From contig NC_083449.1 in assembly GCF_020745735.1 (NCBI RefSeq), forward strand, positions 10,638,923 through 10,702,922: a stretch of 64,000 nt of DNA. The letters run 5' to 3'. The position numbers and the translations under genes are program-made. The DNA comes from Hemiscyllium ocellatum (Eukaryota). Positions 1 through 12,945 of this stretch are shown piece by piece. Every line of letters starts with the position of its first letter. Within the stretch, counting starts at the first letter, position 1. The notes beneath the pieces are model-generated. The model saw only the letters and a list, made by a program, of their open reading frames with translations. It did no database searches and was not told where the DNA came from.

Positions 1-715
1 GGGAGGAGGGCGGGAAGTACCGGCGCCAAATCATCAACCGCTTTTTTACAATTTGAAAAGCCCGCCAATATGTACCAAAAAGTAGGCAGTTTAAACACAC
101 AAGAATGCACAAATACTGGAGATAATTTACTTCTACATGAAAAGTGTGCCCTCTACATTAAATCTCTACCTTATTCCCTAACCTACTGGAACCTGCCCAT
201 TTCTGATCTTGAATTGTGATTTTCCATATGTTAAACATAAGCAGAACCAAAAAAAGGGCGCCAAACACTGCACTCTGCAAATGATCATTTATTTCACATT
301 TCAACAGCACCCCGATCTACTGATACAACATGAGATTACGTTCTCACAAGTAAGCGCATTAGTGAACACGATCGTTCGAGAATATTGTAAAGTTACCCTC
401 CTATTGCACACGATCATAGATCGATAAAAAAACTCCACATTTATTGCCACTTCTGCAGCTGTTCTAGTTTTATTTCGGTGTATTTGGCAAGGCTCTGCAT
501 CCGGACAATACCCGTGCGGAGATTTGGAAATTAAAAATAAATAAAGTAAAATCGGACTCGGAGGGAAACCTTTTTTTTGACTTGCCGGCGGGTGCCGGGG
601 GCATTTGGTTTGATGGGGATGAAACTCAGGGTTCATGCCCCACCGGGGTTTTTAGCTCCTGAACTGATCGAATAACCAAGAGCAACAAGGACACATACAA
701 TCAACTGAAAAATGA
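1..715 (+). repeat. Histone-cluster spacer unit headed by an E2F/CHR-like motif block; homologous to about 25450-26060 and 26140-27160
   Basis: Shared blocks GGCGCCAAATCATCAAC...GAAAAGCCCGCC, AAA(A/G)CTC(C/T)ACATT...CTG(T/C)TCT(A/G)GTTT and CTCC(T/G)GAACTGATC occur in the same order. Confidence 0.65.
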
Positions 716-884
716 CAGTGGCGTTTAACATGATCTCTCTCCCCAGCCAGGGACTACAGGATACACATGAAGGTACCAGAGAATAAGGCGCGGACGGGGT
801 CAGCGATCACTCAATACTTGACAGAACGTTTATAAAACACAAATCTCGTAGATATATGAATTAAAAAACACAAACATAACGATT

Positions 885-925
885 CAGCTGTTTCAGGGAA
901 GTTGTAGGTGGCTCTTAAAAGAGCC
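885..925 (-). terminator. Histone mRNA 3' stem-loop and downstream element of H2B
   Basis: GGCTCTTTTAAGAGCC (910-925, minus), preceded by CCCAAA and followed by ACCTA. Purine-rich GAAACAGCTG at about 885-894. Confidence 0.93.
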
Positions 926-966
926 TTTGGGTTGTGGATGTGTATGTTTCAGTACAATGCGGTCCT

Positions 967-1344
967 TCACTTGGAGCTGGTGTACTTGGTCACCGCCTTT
1001 GTGCCCTCCGACACGGCGTGCTTGGCCAGCTCCCCGGGCAGCAGCAGCCGCACGGCGGTCTGGATCTCCCGGGAGCTGATGGTACTGCGCTTGTTGTAAT
1101 GGGCCAGGCGGGAAGCCTCCCCCGCGATACGCTCGAAAATATCGTTAACGAACGAGTTCATGATGCTCATGGCCTTGGAGGAGATGCCGGTGTCGGGGTG
1201 AACCTGCTTCATCACTTTGTAAATGTAGATGGCGTAACTTTCTTTCCTGGACCGCTTCCTCCTCCTGCCGCCCTTCGGTGGCGCCCTCTTCACCGCTTTC
1301 TTGGCGCCCTTCTTGGCAACTTGACCCTTCTTATCCTCAGCCAT
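967..1344 (-). CDS. H2B: Histone H2B, replication-dependent type, 125 aa ([12 protein letters not shown]...KYTSSK)
   Basis: Canonical H2B fold ([26 protein letters not shown]...AVTKYTSSK). The true ATG is at 1344; the ORF-track extension to 1422 runs through the TATA box. Intronless, with a 3' stem-loop. Confidence 0.97.
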   Translation of the reverse strand: MAEDKKGQVAKKGAKKAVKRAPPKGGRRRKRSRKESYAIYIYKVMKQVHPDTGISSKAMSIMNSFVNDIFERIAGEASRLAHYNKRSTISSREIQTAVRLLLPGELAKHAVSEGTKAVTKYTSSK

Positions 1345-1398
1345 AATGCCACTCACTCTCAAACACAGAATAAGGGAAAGTGGGCTCGGAGCTCGCTC

Positions 1399-1495
1399 TT
1401 TATAGACTGACGGCATCATCAATGCTAATGAGGGATGGGGAAAGCCTGACTTCTGATTCGCTACGTTGTAGGCATGGTAACGTCACTCTGATTGG
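1399..1495 (-). promoter_or_regulatory. H2B promoter: TATA, octamer-like H2B box, CRE-like site, CCAAT
   Basis: TATAAA at 1399-1404 (minus), ATTAGCAT at 1422-1429 (variant of ATTTGCAT), TAACGTCA at 1478-1485, CCAAT at 1491-1495. The order is that expected for vertebrate H2B promoters. Confidence 0.75.
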
Positions 1496-2989
1496 CTAGT
1501 TTGGGACTCAATCTGGATCTGTCTGGATCTGCAATGTCATGGGAAACACAAACCGAAATTTTGTGAAGGGATCAAATTCCGAGCTCACTCTAAAGTGTGA
1601 GATTCTAATTGTAAGGTAGTCTGCATCTTTAGATAATGTTTTTCTTTTCTCTTCCATTTTAAAATGGCATCACATTTGTTGTCAAGTGAGAAAATGCACT
1701 GCAATCTGCCAGGGAGTGTATTTTACTCCTGGAAATGATGGAACTACTTGACAAATGCATCGTGATGGAGGGAAATGGGAGTTAAGGAATGTACTCTTTT
1801 GCTTGTGTTTCTTGCTCTACACTCTTTGAAAATGAAGGACATCCTACCATCATCTACTCTATAAACTCCCTTCACTTATCTATTCGCCGATTCTTCTTCA
1901 AATCTCCAATGAGTATCAGCCAAAGTATTCATACGTTACTCAGAATAGCTGTCAATTCTAATGTGATTACATCAACGACTAAAGGGAACTGACGTACTGT
2001 GACCTGTGCCTTTTGCTTTCTGCTGACTACATGAATTTTACTCTGTCTGCTCAGCTCCTCAATCAGTGTCAGCAGTGTCCTGCCAATGTTTCAGTTCCTG
2101 AAACCTTAGTTTGCACTACATTAGAATAGATATTATTTGGTGCATTTCAGTTTCGAGCAGGATTTTTTTTCATTATAAACTTTGCTATGTGGACTTTCTC
2201 TGAATTATATTTGGTAACAAGTCATTTGTACTCATTCTGAACTGGCCACTGTTATTTAAGGATTGTTTTGAACATGGTATTTGTGTGAATTTTAATTGTG
2301 GCAATCTCATGTTATTTGTTTTATCACTGTGATTCTCTGATTACACTGTGAATGATGTTGTGTTCTTCAGAATTTCAGGTTGGTTAAGGGTTAGTTTATC
2401 TCTCGTTAGTGGCTGTGTAAAACGGGAGTGCGGCTTTTGATCTGCCCACGTGAGCTTTCAGGAGGTGAATGATTATTACTATCTCACAATCTGTCCCTGT
2501 CAGTTTCTGCTATCTCAACATGTAAGTGTAGTAATCAGTCTGTACCTGTCAGTGATTACGTTCGTACAATTATCGCTCAATCCCAAAAGGTCGCTGTTGT
2601 GAGAATGTGTAAGTCATTACCATTGCTGTATCTATCAGTCTTTCCTATGAATCAGTTTCTGCTCAATGAATATGTCTGTGTAATTATCAGTCCCCTCCAC
2701 CCCCCATCAGTTTCTGCTATGTGTCTGTGTGAATACTTTTTATCAGTTTCAACTTGTCAGTTTCTGCATTGTAAATATGGTCATTAACCTTCACCTGATG
2801 TTTTCTGGTTTGTGAATGTAAGAGTTTGGTTATCCATCTGTATCAGTCAGCTTCTGCTTTGTGAATTCCTGAATTTGGCTTAATCTGTTCCTGAATGTTT
2901 CTCTGGCTCAAATATGGCAGTGTAGTTATCTATCTGTACCAATCTGCTTCTAATATGTGAATATGAGGGCAGTTATCAGTTAGAATGAT

Positions 2990-3800
2990 TGTGTGGCTTG
3001 AAAAAGGTGTACTTTTTCCTGTCCACAACAGTTAATGTGCAACACAATGAAGAAGGAATTGGAAAATCTTAACTCTGTTGGATTACTTAACAGAATAATG
3101 GATACAGTAACTCTTCCGAATTAACTGTTTCAGTGCAGTAATATCCCATAAACATCCTTGGCAAAAGATAAATTCAATAAAATAAATAGTCTTACCATCC
3201 GACTCCAGTAGCAGAGGGAGAATCTGCAGCTTCTGACTGTAACTGAGAGGGGAAAACTAGCTTTCCTGTCTTCAGGATGCCAATAGCTTTGCTGAAAGCC
3301 AAAACTAAAAATGTTGTTCTGTGAGAGCTTGACAACACTAACTCAGGCTGCCTCTATTGTTCCAACTATAAAAAAGCCTCAAACTGTTTACTCTCGTGGC
3401 TCTGGTAGACTTCTCAACACTTCTGCCATAAAACCTCTCTTCAAGAAGAAAGAAAGGATATAATAAACATCTTAAAGCCACAATATTATCAAACCTTCCA
3501 CTCCTCTTAAGAATAATCCATCAATATACAGAGATGGCCTAATTTTGAAAAATTATTTTACATTTTTAGTAAACAATACATATCCAGTTCATTGACTCTA
3601 AATATGCACTGCGACAGTCCACTTTTTCCTGCTAAGAAATGCTTCCATCTTTTTTCATCAAAGTCATGGTGGCACCTTGGCAATGAGGTTCTGTCATCCT
3701 GATATGTATGTAATTTGCAAATTGAATGGCTGCAATGATAAGCTTTATCTAAACAGTCTGTAATTTTTGATCTTAAATTTCTCCAAAAACAATAAATGCA
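2990..3800 (-). mobile_element. Gypsy-type LTR retrotransposon remnant: end of RNase H, polypurine tract, probable 3' LTR
   Basis: The minus strand at 3670-3790 translates FLEKFKIKNYRLFR*SLSLQPFNLQITYISG*QNLIA, resembling the RL-RW-L-LQ-F...G--N--AD end of Ty3/Gypsy RNase H. Purine run AAGAGGAGTGGAAGG at about 3495-3510. Confidence 0.55.
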
Positions 3801-4319
3801 AGGTTTCCTTCTCAAACATGAAGTATTTCTGTTGACGAGTCTTCAGGTTTCTGTAAAGATACCCAATAGGCCTCACACTGTTTGCTCTAGTGGCTCGGTG
3901 TCTCTGCCTTAAAATTGCTCTTCAAGAACAAAAGGACAAAATAAACCTCTTCAAGCCACAATATCATCACGCAGTGTCCATCTCTCACTTCCTGCACTGC
4001 GAATATGAACATTAATTTATCAACCTGTACCTGTCCATTCTTACCAAATGAACATGTAAATGTTGTCATTAATTGTCCTTGTCAGTTATTGCAATTGAAG
4101 TGTGCGACTATCATTATAAATCAGTTATTGCAATTCAAGTGTGCGACTATCATTATAAATCTACCCCCTCAGTTTTTGCTGTGTGAATGTGAGTTTAGTT
4201 ATCAATCTGTATCTGTCAGTTTCTGTGAGGTGTAAAAAGTGTGTGTATCAATATATGGATGTGAGATTTTGTTCTGTGAATAGTTATCAAAGTGTACCTG
4301 TCAGTTCATGTTCTCTGAA

Positions 4320-6990
4320 ATGGGAGTGTTATCAAAGGAAGGACAGAAAGGGAGGCAAGAGAGGAGTGGGAGTGGCATTTTTGATAAGGGATAGGATTAC
4401 AGCAGTGCTGAGGGAGGACATTTCTGGAAATACATCCAGGAAAGTTATTTGGGTGGAACTGAGAAATAAGAAAGGGATGATCACCTTATTGGGATTGTAT
4501 TATAGACCACCTAATAGTCAGAAGGAAATTGAGAAACAAATTTGTAAGGAGATCTCAACTATCTGTAAGAATAATAGAGTAGTTATGGTAGGGGATTTTA
4601 ACTTTCCCAACATAGACTGAGACTGCCATAGTTTAAGGATTTAGATGGAGAGGAATTTCTGAAGTGTGTACAAGAAAATTTCTTGATTCAGTATGTGGAT
4701 GTACCTACTAGAGAAGGTGCAAAGCTTGACCTACACTTGGGAAAAAAGGCAGGGCAGGTGACTGAGGTGTCAGTGAGAGAGCACTTTGGGGCCAGCAACC
4801 ATAATTCCATTAGATTTAAAATAGTGATGGAAAAGGACAGACCAGATCTAAAAGTTGAAGTTCTAAATTGGAGAAAGGCCAATTTTGATTGTATCAGGCA
4901 AGAACTTTCAAAAGCTGATTGGGCGCAGATGTTTGCAGGTAAAGGGAGAGCTGGAAAATGGGAAGCCTTCAGAAATGAGATAACAAGAGTCCAGAGAAAG
5001 TATATTCCTGTTAAAGTGAAAGGAAAGGCTGGTAGGTATAGAGGATGTTGGATGACGAAAGAAATTGAGGGTTTGGTTAAGAAAAAGAAGGAAGCATATG
5101 TAAGGTAACACAGGATAGATCAAGTGAATCCTTAGAAGAGTATAAAGGCAGTAGGAGTATACTTATGAGGGAAATCAGGAGGCCAAAAAGAGGACATGAG
5201 ATAGCTTTGGGAAGTAGGAGTAAGGAGAATCCAAAGGGTTTTTACAAATACATTAAGGACAAAAGGGTAACTAGGGAGAGAATAGGGCCCCTCAAAGATC
5301 TGTAAGGCAGCTTTTGTGTGGAGCCACAGAAAATGTGGGAGGATACTAAATGTGTATTTTGCATCAGTATTTACTGTGGAAAAGGACACGGAAGATATAA
5401 AATGTAGGGAAATAGATGGTGACATCTTGGAAAATGTCCACATTACAGAGGAGGAAGTGCTGGGTATCTTGAAACACATAAAGGTGGATAAATCCCCAGG
5501 ACCTGATCAGGTGTACCCGAGAACTCTGTGGGAAGCTAGAGAAATGATTACTGGGCCTCTTGCTGAGATATTTGTATCATCCATAGTCACAGGTGTGGTG
5601 CCGGAAGATGAGATGTTGGCAAACGTGGTACCACTGTTGAAGAAGGGTGGTAAGGACAAGTCAGGGAACTATAGACCAGTGAGCCTGACGTTGGTGGTGG
5701 GCAAGTTGTTAAAGGGAATCCTGAGGGACAGAGGTATATTTATTTGGAGAGATGAGGATTGATTAGGAATACTCAGCATGGCTTTGTGCATGGGAAATCA
5801 TGTCTCACAAACTTGATTGAGTTTTTTGAAGAAGTAACAAAGAGGCTTGATGAGGGCAGAGTGGTAGATACGGACTTCAGTAAAGCATTCGACAAGGTTC
5901 CCTATGGGAGATTGGTTAGCAAGGTTAGATCTCACAGAATACAGGGAAAACTAGCCATGTGGATACAGAACTGGCTCAAAAGGTAGAAGATAGAGGGTGT
6001 TGGTAGAAAGTTGTTTTTCAGACTGGAGACCTGTGACCAGTGGAGTACCACAAGGATCGATGCTGGGTCCACTACTTTTTGTCATTTACATAAATGATTT
6101 GGATTTCAGCATAAGAGGTACAGTTAGTAAGTTTGCATATGACACCAAAATTAGAGGTGTAGTGAACAGTGAAGAAGGTTACCTCAAATTACAACAGGAC
6201 CTTCACCAGATGGGCCAATGGGCTGAGAAGTGGCAGGTGGCTTTTAATTCAGATAAATGGGAGGTACTGCATTTTGGGAAAGCAAATCTTATATACTTAA
6301 TGGTAAGATCCAAGGGAGTGTTGCTGAACCAAGAGACCTTGGAGCGCAGGTTCATAGCTCCTTGAAAGTGGAGTTGCAGGTAGATAGGATAGTGAAAAAG
6401 GCGTTTGGTATGCTCTCTTTTATTGGTCAGAGTATTGAGTACAGGAATTGGGAGGTCATGTTGCAGATGCACAGGACATTGGTTAAGTCATTGCTAGAAT
6501 ATTGCGTGCAATTGTTGTCTCCTTTCTATCGGAAAGATGTTGTGAATCTTGAAAGGGTTCAGAAAAGATTTACAAGGTTGTTGCCAGGGTTGGAGAATTT
6601 GAGCTATAGGGAGAGGCTGAACAGGCTGGGGCTGTTTTCCCTGGAGCGTCAGGGGTTGAGGGGTGACCTTATAGAGGTTTACAAAATCATGAGGGGCATG
6701 GAGTCCAGAACTAGAGGCATAGGTTTAGGGTGAGAGGGGAAAGATATAAAAGAGACCTAAGGGGCAACTTTTTCACACAAGCGTATGGAATGAGCAGCCA
6801 GAGGAAGTGGTGGAGGCTGGTACAATTGCAACATTTAAAAGGCATTTGGGTGGGTATATAAATAGGAAGAGTTTGGAGGGATATGGGCTGGGTGCTAGCA
6901 GGTAGGACTAGATAGGGTTGGGATATCTGGTCGGCGTGGACAGGTTGGACTGAAGAGTCTGTTTCCATGTTGTGCATCTCTATGACTCTA
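4320..6990 (+). mobile_element. CR1-clade LINE, 5'-truncated, with disrupted ORF2 (AP endonuclease + reverse transcriptase)
   Basis: Motifs YYRPP, MVGDFNFP, KSPGPD, NYRPVSLT, QHGF..GKSCLTNL, DFSKAFDKV, GVPQGS.LGP, LERVQKRFTR. 3' end CTATGACTCTA. Many stops and frameshifts. Confidence 0.93.
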
Positions 6991-9374
6991 ATTTGTTCCT
7001 GTCAGTTTATGCATTGTGAACATGAGAGTGCACTAATTAATCTTTCTAGGACAGTTACTATTGTGTAAAAGAGAATGAGTGTTTACCAATCTGTCCGTGT
7101 CAAGTTCTGACATCTGAATGTAATTTTAATTATCGTTATGTACCTGTCAGATTTTCTTTTATCTCTGCGATCTCCAAAGTGTCACCTTCGGTCACTACCT
7201 GACAGTAGTTGAGTTTGATTATTGATCTGTAATATCAGTTTCTAACTGAATGAAAATTTGAGCACAATTATTCATCGGTGTCTGATACTTTCTGATATCT
7301 GAATATGGAAGTGTAGTTGTCAAACCATTCCTGTTGGTATGTGCAATGAAAATAAGAGTCTGTGTGTCACTTTCTGTCATGTGAACATCTTAGTGTCATG
7401 AATCTACCCATGACAGTGCCCACAAGGTGGAGGGGATGTGTGTGTGTTTTTGTGTGTGTTGGTAACTGACCTGTCAATTGTGTGTTGTCATCAATGTCAT
7501 TTTGCCTGTCTCTGTAATGCCAACGAGTGAACAAAGGTATCAATGTTTGCTTGTCAGTTTCTGTTTGTCAAAGGGACATAACTCTCTGGCAGCTACTTCT
7601 CTGCAAGGATGTGATTTGTTATGGGATACTTGTTATGAGGATGATTTTGAGAAAGTCATAGCCTTCAAACTTGACTTTAAACATTTCGACTAAAACGTAA
7701 TGCTGAATAATAGAACACATTTACTGCACTAGAAAATAGACAGGCAGGAAAGCTCAGAAAAAGCTCAGAACTTAAAGTTGGGGAAACCTGAGCTCACCAA
7801 ATGATAACAGGATGCTGTAAGACAATTAAGATCATTAGCCTTAGCATTGGTGAATCTCTGTTGACAGGACACCAAGTGATAACATTCACAGCCGTTCCCT
7901 TGTGAAATTAATGACAGTGTTTGATTCTGACCCTGAAACGAAACTCGGTATGATCAAAAGCTTTGTAATTAACGATTAGGTGCTGCCAACTTTAATGGAT
8001 TCTTCTTACTTCTTACAAGTGGGGCAAACACAGAGAGAAAAACAAATTGCTGACTTGAGAGTTCAAAAGGACACTACAGAGAGAGACGATTTTAGTGCTG
8101 AGGCTACTGGAGACTGTAGAAAATTAACTCTTTGTGGTTATCTGCTATGGATTGATTTTAATTGCATTTTGGGACTTTATGATGATATTGAGTAGCCAAT
8201 ACCAGTTATTAAATACAAACTCTGTAAAAGGTAATATTGATGAAGCCCTAACTTACTTGCTGTTCTTGCAGACCACTCTACAGACCGTCCCACTGTCAAT
8301 TCTAACTATTCAGATCTTATGTCTTAGTTGAATTTGAATCACAAATTTGCAAAGAAGGCATGTTTAACTTGAGATTAATTAATCATTTTAAATACAACCT
8401 TGCAGTAATATTTCAGCCTTGGGTACAGAATGATTCTGTGCTTAAGATAAAAAGCAGGAATCAGCACCCAGCTTAAAATTATTCTCAACCTAACATTGAA
8501 GAGACTCTGACACAATCTGTCAGGAAGCCATTTTAAGATCAAGAAGCCATTTTGTAAAACGATTATATCAGACATGTGAGCTGTGCAAGGTCACCTTATG
8601 GACTCTCCAATTATTCGGACTGGTATATTTTTATGATAGGAGCTTACCTCGCAAGCAGGCTGGATATGTTTTTCCCACCTGAAGAATGGCTTCAGGCCTA
8701 TAAGAGTGATTAGTCAAGCGTACACAGACCTGTCAATTAACTTTTCTTCCTTACAAATTATTGTCTTTCACTTATCTGTCTAATTAAGGACATGCAATGT
8801 TTTTGTAAACTTCTGTATAACGGAGGCCACTTTGTATCAGCACATCTGAATAGCCTGCTGGGGCATTTGAAGAGCTGGTATCCTACTCTCCTAGGTTATT
8901 AGAACCTAGTTAGTTTAGCTTATAGGTATCAGTGTTGTGTTGTAACAGTGATGCTACTAGCGAAGAAAGGGGACAACTAAAAATAAACTTATCTGTCTGT
9001 AAGAGGATTTTATTCCCGACTTCCAAAGAGTACGATCTCCAGAATGAACCAAAAGAGAGAGGCTTTATAGGTCTGAGTCCACAAGGGATTTCCTGGCCCA
9101 TCTCAAATCTGTACTTTAACAATTTGAGGCAGATTTGTTTCAGTTCTTGAATGTATATTTTGGACAAGAATTCAGACTTTACAGTTTGAAAATTGTGCAA
9201 ATGTCAATGAGCTGTGAATAGTGACATTTGTTCAAACTGGACACATGTGCATTTGTGTGAGAAAAAAAAACTAACATATTTTCTCTGTTGTTTGAACATC
9301 TCTCTCTCTCTCTCAAATTGAGCTCAATCCAATCTGCTCTGACTGTGGCTCGTCGCTCTGACAATGTGACATAC

Positions 9375-9482
9375 CTGCTGTTTGTTAGAAGCAGCTGGTT
9401 ACACTTGGCTTCGTACTGAGAGAATATTACATTGTCTTGGCCGTTCCAGTATTTGCCTGGAGGAAGACAGAACAGAAATCTC
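9375..9482 (-). other. Candidate internal exon, copy 1 of 5 (82 nt from the proximal acceptor at 9456, or 108 nt from the distal acceptor at 9482)
   Basis: TGATTTACAG and CTTCCTCCAG acceptor-like sites upstream; AAACAGCAG|GTATGT donor. The 82-nt form reads (G)KYWNGQDNVIFSQYEAKCNQLLLTNS(R). Confidence 0.5.
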
Positions 9483-12400
9483 CTGTAAATCACCATCAGC
9501 CAAGTTTGACCATCTTTAACTGTTAATAATCATTAGGATATTGTTTTTAAAGACACGAATCCAAACAGAACGACATGTCTGATTCTACTCTTGCTCCATG
9601 TCTGGTGATTTTTCTTTTTGTTAATTCAATACCAAATGAGGGAGGTCCGGAAACTTCCCAATAACTGTACAGCTCCATGAATGAGACTATCCAATGCAAG
9701 CAGGGCTGGGAATCAGTTTCGTTTTTGAACTATTCATGTCAATTTCTACTTTGTCAATGACAACCATACGCTCACATTTTTCCCTTCTAAGCCTTTCTGA
9801 AATTACTTATGCATTCACATAGCAGTGACTCACAGGACAGATTAACACAGAACTATAGATCCATTGAAATGACATTGCACATAAGAGGTCCATTTGACAT
9901 ATCATGTCCATTCCAACCCAAAGACACCAGATGGCCATTCTAATCCACCTTCCTGCAACCAGCCCATAACCCTGCAGCTGAGAGCCCTTTTCTGCAATCT
10001 GAATGTATTTTTCAGTTTGTTCCTGTCAGTCTCTGTTTCATGGATACGTAAATGTATTTATCAATTTGTACTGGTCAATTTCTTCTGTATGAATATTTGA
10101 ATGGAGTTATCCATCTCTACTTGTAAATATCAAAGTACAGCTATTAATATGTATTTGTCAGTCTCCACAATGTGAATGTGTGAGTTTATTGACCAGCCTA
10201 TCTCTGTCAGTTTTTGCTCTGTTAATCTGAGAATGTCGTAATAACCTGTCCCTGTGAGGTTGTGGTTTGTTAATAGGTGAATGCATTTATCAACATACAC
10301 CTGTCAGTTTCAGTCAACGTGTGTTATCAATCTGTGCCTGTCAGATTCTGCTGTGTGAATGTGACTGTCATTTTCAGTCTCTACCTGTCAGTTTTGTGAA
10401 ATGAGCAAGTGATTGTCAATCAATGTGTTGCTGTCAGTTGTTGCAATGAGAATGTGTGACTGTAGTTATCAATCTGGCCATGTCACTTTCTGCTATGTCC
10501 ATGCATGTATGTATGTATTTATCAATCTGCACCATTCAGTTTCTGCTCTGTATATGTGTCTTATTTATCAATCTATTGCTGTCTGTCTTTGCAATGTGAA
10601 AGTGAATTGATCAACCTTTCCTCATTAGTTTCTGTTCTCTGAATCAGAGTCTTTAGTTATAAATCTGTAACTGTCACTGTTGGATTATCTGTCATATTCT
10701 GCTTTGAGTTTTCCTGAGGGTTTAGTTTTGATCTGTCCCTGTCAAAATGTATGTGTATCTGTAAATGTAGTTACCAATCCATACCTGTCAGTTTTTCTGG
10801 CTGAATACTTGCGTGAAATTGTCAGTCTATCCCTGACCAATTCCGCTGTGTGGATATGAGAAATTCGGAAGCAACGCTTCCTGTCAGTCTCTACAATGTG
10901 AATATGTGAATGTATTTATCAATATTTCCCTGTCAGTTTCTGCTTGGTGAGACAGTGTTGGGATCAATACATTATGCCCTATGAATATTTGAGTGTCTTT
11001 ATCAAACTATACTTGTCAGAAAATTTTTTCTGCATATACGGAAGTTTAGCAGTCAGTTTCGCCAATGTGAATATGTGAGCACAGGTTTGAATCTATGCCT
11101 ATCTGTTTCTGCCAAGTCAATATGAGAGTGCAGTTTTCAATCTCTACCTGTCAGATTCTGTGCGAAATTGACTGTACTTATCAAACTGTATCTGAGAGTT
11201 TATGTTAAGTGAAAGTGTTGTATCAAATTGTAACCGTGATTTTCTGTTATGTGACTAGAAAAGTGTAATCTGTCCCTGTCAGTGTCTCCTGCATATATCC
11301 GAGGAAGTAATTAAACTATTCCTGCCCGTTTTTGCTGTGAATGAGAGTGTAGGTATCAACCGATATCTGGCAGTATGAGCTATGAGAATGAGAGTGTTGC
11401 TATCAATCTGTACCTTTCAGTTCCTGTTAATTCAACACATGAGTTTAGTTATCAATCTGTACCAGTCAGTTTCTGCTTGGTGAATATGTGAGTGCATATA
11501 ACAATCATTCCTTGTTAGTATCAGTGTTGTGAATATGTGAATGAGGTTATGAATTTGTAAACCTGTCAGTTTCAACAATGTGCATATGGAAATATTGTTG
11601 TTACTCTCTACCTGTCAGATTCTCTTCTGTGAATATGGTGCAGTTATCAATCTCTTTGCTTTGTGAATATCCAAATACAGTCATCAATATGGACATGTCA
11701 GTTCCCACTATGTGCATATGTATGTGTATTTCCCAACCTATCGCTGTGAGTTTCTGCTGTCTGTATGTGAGTTTTGATATGAACATGTAGCTGTAAGTTT
11801 CTGGTTTGGTAATGAATGAATGTCTTTATCAAAATGTAGGTCAGTTTCTGTAATGTAAATGTTATGAGTCCAGTTATCAATTTATGACTGTAACAGTCTG
11901 CTCTGTGAATATGTAAGTGGTAGTTATCATCTGTACCTATTAGTTTCTGATACATGAATGAATGAGGGTAGTTGTCAACCTGTTCCTGTCAGTATGTGCT
12001 GTGAATGTGTCAGTGTAGATATCAGTCTGCATCTGTCAATTTCTGTGAGGTGAATGAGAGAGAGTAGTTCCCAATATGTAGTTCCCAATCCCTGTGAGAT
12101 TCTAATCAGATATTTTTTGAGTATCGTTATCAAACTGTACATGACAATGTATTTTTCCCTCTGTGAACATGTAATTGTAGTTATAAAGCTTTACCTGTTT
12201 GGTTATGCTCTTGGAAAGGGCTTGTCAGTTTCCGGTATGTGAGTGTAGTTATCCATCTGTGCCTGTCAGTGTCTGCTATCTGAATGTATGAGTGCAAGTA
12301 TCAATCCGTGTGTTTCAGTTTCTGCTATGCCAATTAGCGAGTTTAGTTTTTGATCTGTACCTGTCAGTTTCGGATATGTGAATATATGAATGCAGTAATT

Positions 12401-12604
12401 AGTATATCCCTGAATGTTTCTGCTTGTAAAAATGCAAATATATTCATGAAATCATACCTGCCATTTTCTGTAATGTGAATATGAAAATGTAGTTATCAAT
12501 CTCTAACTGTCATGTTCTGTTCTGTGAATATACGAGTGTTGTGATCAATTTGCACTAGTCAGTTTCAGCGGTGTGAATACTCTTGTATAATGTGCCACAT
12601 TATA

Positions 12605-12945
12605 CAGCACAGTGGCTCAGTGGTTGACTCAGCTGCCTCACAGCACCAGGGACCTGGATTTGATTTCAGCCTCGGTCTATGTGGAGTTTGCACATTCTAC
12701 CCGTGTCTGTGTGGGTTTCCTCTGTGTGCCCCGGTTTCCTCCCACAGTCCAAAGAAGAGGTTAGGTGAATTGGCCATGCTAAATTGCCCATAGTGTTGAG
12801 GGATGTGGGGGTTAGGTGCATTAGTCGGGGGTAAATGTAGAGTGATAAGGGAGTGGTTCTGGGTGAGATAATCTTCAGAGGGTCGGTGTGGACTTGCCAG
12901 GCTGAAGGTCCTGTTTCAAAACTGTATGGTTTCTAATTCTAACTA
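12605..12945 (+). mobile_element. tRNA-derived SINE (HE1/V-SINE-like)
   Basis: tRNA-like head, central TGTGGAGTTTGCAC.TTCT.CCCGTGTCTG.GTGGGTTTCCTC domain, LINE-like tail. Confidence 0.85.

Noticed and set aside
7570-9300. Unique-looking AT-rich segment inside the satellite array, possibly an old LTR element or further exons
   Set aside because: No recognisable termini, protein motif or second copy in the window.
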